A stretch of 64,000 bases of DNA from Pocillopora damicornis (lineage: Eukaryota), in the NCBI RefSeq assembly GCF_003704095.1, contig NW_020844379.1, positions 1-64,000 of the forward strand, written 5' to 3'. This document shows, in pieces, positions 59,318-64,000 of this stretch. A program made the position numbers and the translations under genes. The notes under the pieces are model-generated. The model saw only the letters and a list, made by a program, of their open reading frames with translations. It searched no databases and had not been told where the DNA came from. Within the stretch, counting starts at the first letter, position 1, and each line of letters begins with the position of its first letter.

Positions 59318-62300
59318 CTACTGCGGCTGCGCAGGATTAATGTCATTGAAAATTGAGAGATCAGCAAAATCCTCACCCATCGCGGCTGCCATGGCCGCCA
59401 TATAACTAGAAGGTCCACCAGTCTGAAGGCCGCTCAGGAACACATTGCTCAATGCCAGCTCAGGCGCCAACTGTCCGTAGTCCCCGACAATTTCCTGGTT
59501 ACCTAAACCGAGTTCTGTTCCATCCAGAACGGTAGAGCTGGCGACAGACTGGGGCGAGGGCGGGGAGGCAGGGGAACCTGGGTACAATGACATATCTGGA
59601 AAGCCATGAAATGGATACGAACTTGATGGCGGAGTTTCCTAGGCAACGACCAAAGAAATTACTACGGCAATTAGACTATGAAGGCAGTTATGAAAATTAA
59701 AGTTACTTAGCATTTTCAGTAACATAGACCCTTGTACATACAGCGGAGGCATCCGAAAGCAGTAACAGAAACAAGACGTTTAAACAGCATGCAGTCTTCA
59801 ACAAAGCCAATCGCTATTATATGTATCTTATCACTTAACTCTAGTTTGGTTTAAACTGTAGTTGGACGAGTAAAAGTTTCATCATTTCGCTCTTTAATGA
59901 AGCTACAAAATACAACGTAACCAGCTGAAATACATCAAAAGACGCTTACCATGGAAGAGTCCCTTCCAGCCGGGTACATAGGACTCCTGCCGCCCTGTCT
60001 CCTAAGTGAAGATAAAAAACCCACAGATATTTAAGGCGCTTAGCAGTTTCTAATCTGATCTTTATATCAGCAGTATTTTGAAACTGTCAAGATCGACTCA
60101 AAAGAAGTCATTTAGTTCGTACATAAAAGTCAAAAGAGGGCGTGGATCACATTCAGGTCGGCCCTTAAAAAACACTGATTATTGCATCTTGTATGATCGT
60201 GTGACAACGTTAGTTTTGTCTATAGTTGTTTCTTGGACAACTGGAGGTACTGACGTCATCGTTAAACGAAAATAATAAAAAGATAACTTAAATATAGTGA
60301 CTTGGCGTGGAAGTGTAATTATTTCAACCATTCTATACCACTAGAATACTCACCCTGCCAGCCTGACCGCCAGTACAGTTTGCTGATAATCATTATTATC
60401 AGTATCTTGGTTTTCTAAAAAACAACGCAAAGTAAGAAAGGGGACTCAGTTGAAATTTCTCATGATTTCATCAACTGCTGTTCGATTGCGTTCGTTTATT
60501 GAAAACGAAAGTTATTGTGTTCAGATGGATTTACGGGCACTTGTGGAAGTGAATTCCTTTCATTAAATAGCAATGACTATTTAAATGTTTGGGGTTTCTA
60601 TAGGTGGTACAGAAACTGTAGTCTGTTGCCGGGCTTCACGTTTTGTGTTGTGGAGTGAGAACTGTTCAGATTTGTCGGGGAATATTCAGTCTTTTGGCAA
60701 CGGCACCAACCGAAATAGCAAAGAAACTATCGATACTTGTTAAAATGATATATGAACATCATATGGTTGAACGGCTGAATAAGATAGTTAGTAAAAGAAA
60801 CGTCACTGCAGTTTAAGACACAACTACTCCATAGGTATTTGCATATCATTTCAGGTAGACTATACAGTTGAGTTATAGTCCTGCTTACCGTCATTGGTAT
60901 AATACGGACCAAAAGCGTCATCTTTAGCTATGTTAGGGTAAAGCTGAACAAGTTCTCCCAAGTCTTTTAGTCGGTCAGAGAATTTTCGCATTTGCAAATG
61001 CGCGTTCGTCCATGGAGCCACATCGAAAATTTCACAAGGACCTACACCATACAACAGAGAGGTACACCTATGAGGTTTATTTTACAATTTTTCTCCCGTA
61101 AAGGAATTATTATGGTATCTTCCCTCTCCAAGAAGTACTGAATTTCCACACTTTCCTTAAATTTGCCGCATACCGATAATACGGATGGTATGAACACTCG
61201 AGAAATTATTTCCTAAAAAAGAAATTGATTTTAAATATTAAGACACCTGTAAATCTCTACATGACTTAAACTCGTGTAAGAGATTGTACAGTCTTGACTT
61301 GTGGAATATACCTTATTAGTCAAAAGAAAAACTCCCCAATCCGTCTGTTCTGAGGTATACCGAAATATGTTTTTTTCCACTGAATTACTCCTTATGTACG
61401 ACGCTGAAAGGTTACAGATAAAGTCTCGACCTCCGAAATTAAAAACCTGTCCCTTCCAAAAATCACTTCATAACTGGTGCATTTTTATGTCTCATATAAA
61501 TCACTCGGAGAGTGAGGATAAAAGGAAATTGACCATGTTTAAAAATAAACAGCTCTCCCACACAAGCTTCATGAAATGTCAGAAACCGCAGTTTTCAGCT
61601 ATGTCCTTTAAGTACCCGTTTACTTTGTATATAGTAGCTGGCTTTCTTACCACCGTCAAAGGTATTAACATAGGCGACACTAATTCCACCAATCTCTGTC
61701 TCACTGAACCTCAGCAGGAACGTGCCAGAATTACAGCCTCTTAAAATGTCATGCGCATCATTCTTGCTGATAAAACCAGCCACGCGTCTGTAACAAAAAT
61801 CAGTAAAGTTCATTGCTGTAGTCTTCCTTTGTTTAATTTGTTCACATTTACATTTGAATCCATGCTAACATTTTCCTCAAAAGTCCAACAGAGCAAATGT
61901 TTAGCTAGTTCCATTGGTCCCCTGACCACAATGTTCAACAGGCATCCCACTCAGTGATTCAGCTCTCCCGCACAGTTCTACTATTATAATGTTCAAAGGT
62001 CGTTTTCTTGTACAGATTAGTAATAATAAATAATTCGAGAAAAAGTGGTTTTTCAAAAATCACGGTTGTGTTTGTACTTAAACAGAACTCTTGCGCCTAT
62101 CTTCAAATGCAAACTAGAAAGGGAATGTGACTGACATACCCGTCCCTCCATTCGTCCAGCAGCCGTCTTGACACCACATCTAAGGCTCCGTAAAACCATT
62201 TCCAAAACGAGAATGAGCGGCCGTTCATATGATCCTGATGTACAGGAGGCATTGAGTTAAAAATTAACACAAGAAGACAGAACATCTATTTATTTATCTA

Positions 62301-64000
62301 TTCTTATGGCTAATAAGTTCAACAATTCAAAACAAACATTTTATGATAACATACACTATAGATCTTGCCGAATTTAACTGTAAAATATTGAATATATGTA
62401 CCCTGTTGAAGAGCTGTCTTGTAATCATGGCATTGTCCATACCTCCCTCCATTTTGCCTTTAAATAACAACAGAATTTAAAGGTCGATAATCTTAAAAAC
62501 TGTAAAGGTCAGGTTCACAGCCCGTTTTCTACATGTTAACAAAGGAAATTCTCTGGATGAAAAGAAGTCGGAAACTAAACTTGAAAACATCTAGGAAAAA
62601 GTGTTAACCTGGAAAAATCTTTTTCCCCAAGAAGGTCAAGCTTTCAGGACTAAGTTGGATTTGATTGTTGAGAGCCCATCTTTTGTTCAGAGCTTCTGCA
62701 AAGCGGGGCCATTCAACTTGATCGGGAACATCAAAAAGTTTCCTTTCCTATGAAAAAACAATTATTCGTAGTTCATCCAGTTTTATTATGAACAGGATTT
62801 AAATAACACCTAATAAAATCATTTGCTCATTAGATTCTTCGCCACGAAGTTGTCAGCATTATCAATCACACAGACACTAAATTACGTGGGGGGCCCTAAG
62901 TAACTATGGTTACTAGCGATCTACGGAATGTCCAATGAATATTTCGTACCGGCATTATCCTTTTTTTAATTAGGTTTACCTTTGCGAGTTTCATCTGCCC
63001 ATACCAATCCTACGCAACGGACTAAGACGCGCACTGACCTTTGGTTAGATCTGTGACCACTGCAGAATTTCTCACTTATTCATCTTTTTTTTTTATCCCT
63101 TCTGAACTAAATAGATAACTGACCTTGTCGGCGAATGCGTTGTCCCAGAAAACAGTTGCTTCAGCATCACACTGTTGATTGCCATGAACTGTCACAACCA
63201 CAGGAACCGAAATCACCTTTGGACCACAAAACAATGAAAGCATTAAGTAAGCTGTACTAACCAATGGGGCAAAGTGCTCTGATCACATTTGTAGGACTTC
63301 TCTGTCCAAGTAGATCATGATGAAAAGGCAATGGATGGTATCTAAGCAACCAACTTCAACTGAAATATTCTAAACGCTTTTTAGTGTGTCCGGACAGCAA
63401 TCACAAATCAAAAGGAAGTGAAATGGTTGTGAGGTAGAGAGGCTCGTAAATTACGACAAAGGAACGAGTAGTAGCTAGGGTCGTCTGTAAGGGTGGCCGT
63501 ATCTCTTGATCTGCATTGTTGTCTGGTTTCACTGTGTTTAATGGTGCAGGGAAAAAAGTGCAAACTAGGTCGCTTTCAAACCCCTACCCTCCCTTTCTCA
63601 GCTCCACCTACCGTTATATTGAATATTTCCTTTCCGAGGTTGATCTGCGTGGAGAAGAGTAATGCTGACTTCTCTTCTGTCACTACTTCTTTGTTCTTAC
63701 CGCCCTGTCTTGTGGCTTTGGCCAAGGACTAAAAGACACCATATAAAAACTGTTTGCAGACCGTAAATGAATAAGTAACATAAAAATATAACCAATATCA
63801 TACGTCTGCATAACAACCACTCCAAACATACGAAACAAAGATCTTGGCAAGTTGCGACAATAATTTCCGGCGTATCAAAAAAAAAAAACAACAACCACAG
63901 AGAGGGCTTCTTTTTCTGTGATATTAAGTTTTAAACAATATCTTATTATGTTTAACGATCTCAGCACCTGACAGTTCATTAAGTCGACAAGTTCGGACAG
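59318..64000 (-). CDS. STAT: Signal transducer and activator of transcription (STAT5-like), 3' part; 5' exons lie beyond the window
   Basis: Phase-consistent exons (minus strand): 64000-63968, 63728-63612, 63216-63124, 62747-62609, 62457-62402, 62234-62140, 61787-61651, 61041-60889, 60414-60354, 60001-59950, 59638-59318. Motifs VTEEK, SVPVVVTVHGNQ...WDNAF, FSFWKWF, SH2 GTFLLRFSE, a post-SH2 Tyr and a Ser-Pro-rich tail. Confidence 0.93.

Overview
AT-rich, intron-containing animal DNA. It is probably from a stony coral: several interspersed repeats resemble Pocillopora-type families I recall, but this is unverified. Manual splicing gives three blocks. (1) 0.9-18.3 kb: five co-oriented + strand genes (A-E) for secreted, low-complexity proteins I cannot assign to a family. 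Each starts with a signal-peptide exon ending in a phase-1 intron, although E needs a 1-nt correction. The products are acidic, His/Tyr/Gly/Pro-rich or strongly cationic; one ends in a TSP1 domain and one is a 98-aa peptide missed by the ORF track. (2) 19.2-55.3 kb: seven diverged MFSD6-like MFS transporter paralogues with a hypervariable luminal loop that carries furin-type sites in two copies. The array is interrupted by a single-exon 1369-aa type II membrane protein ending in an intact SGNH/GDSL hydrolase domain. (3) 59.3-64 kb: the 3' half of a multi-exon STAT gene (STAT5-like) on the - strand. The window also holds a decayed LINE fragment, MITE-like and palindromic repeats, and short tandem repeats. 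The best candidate for an undescribed system is the secreted-protein array plus the MFSD6 array plus the SGNH enzyme, next to STAT. Its function is inference only.
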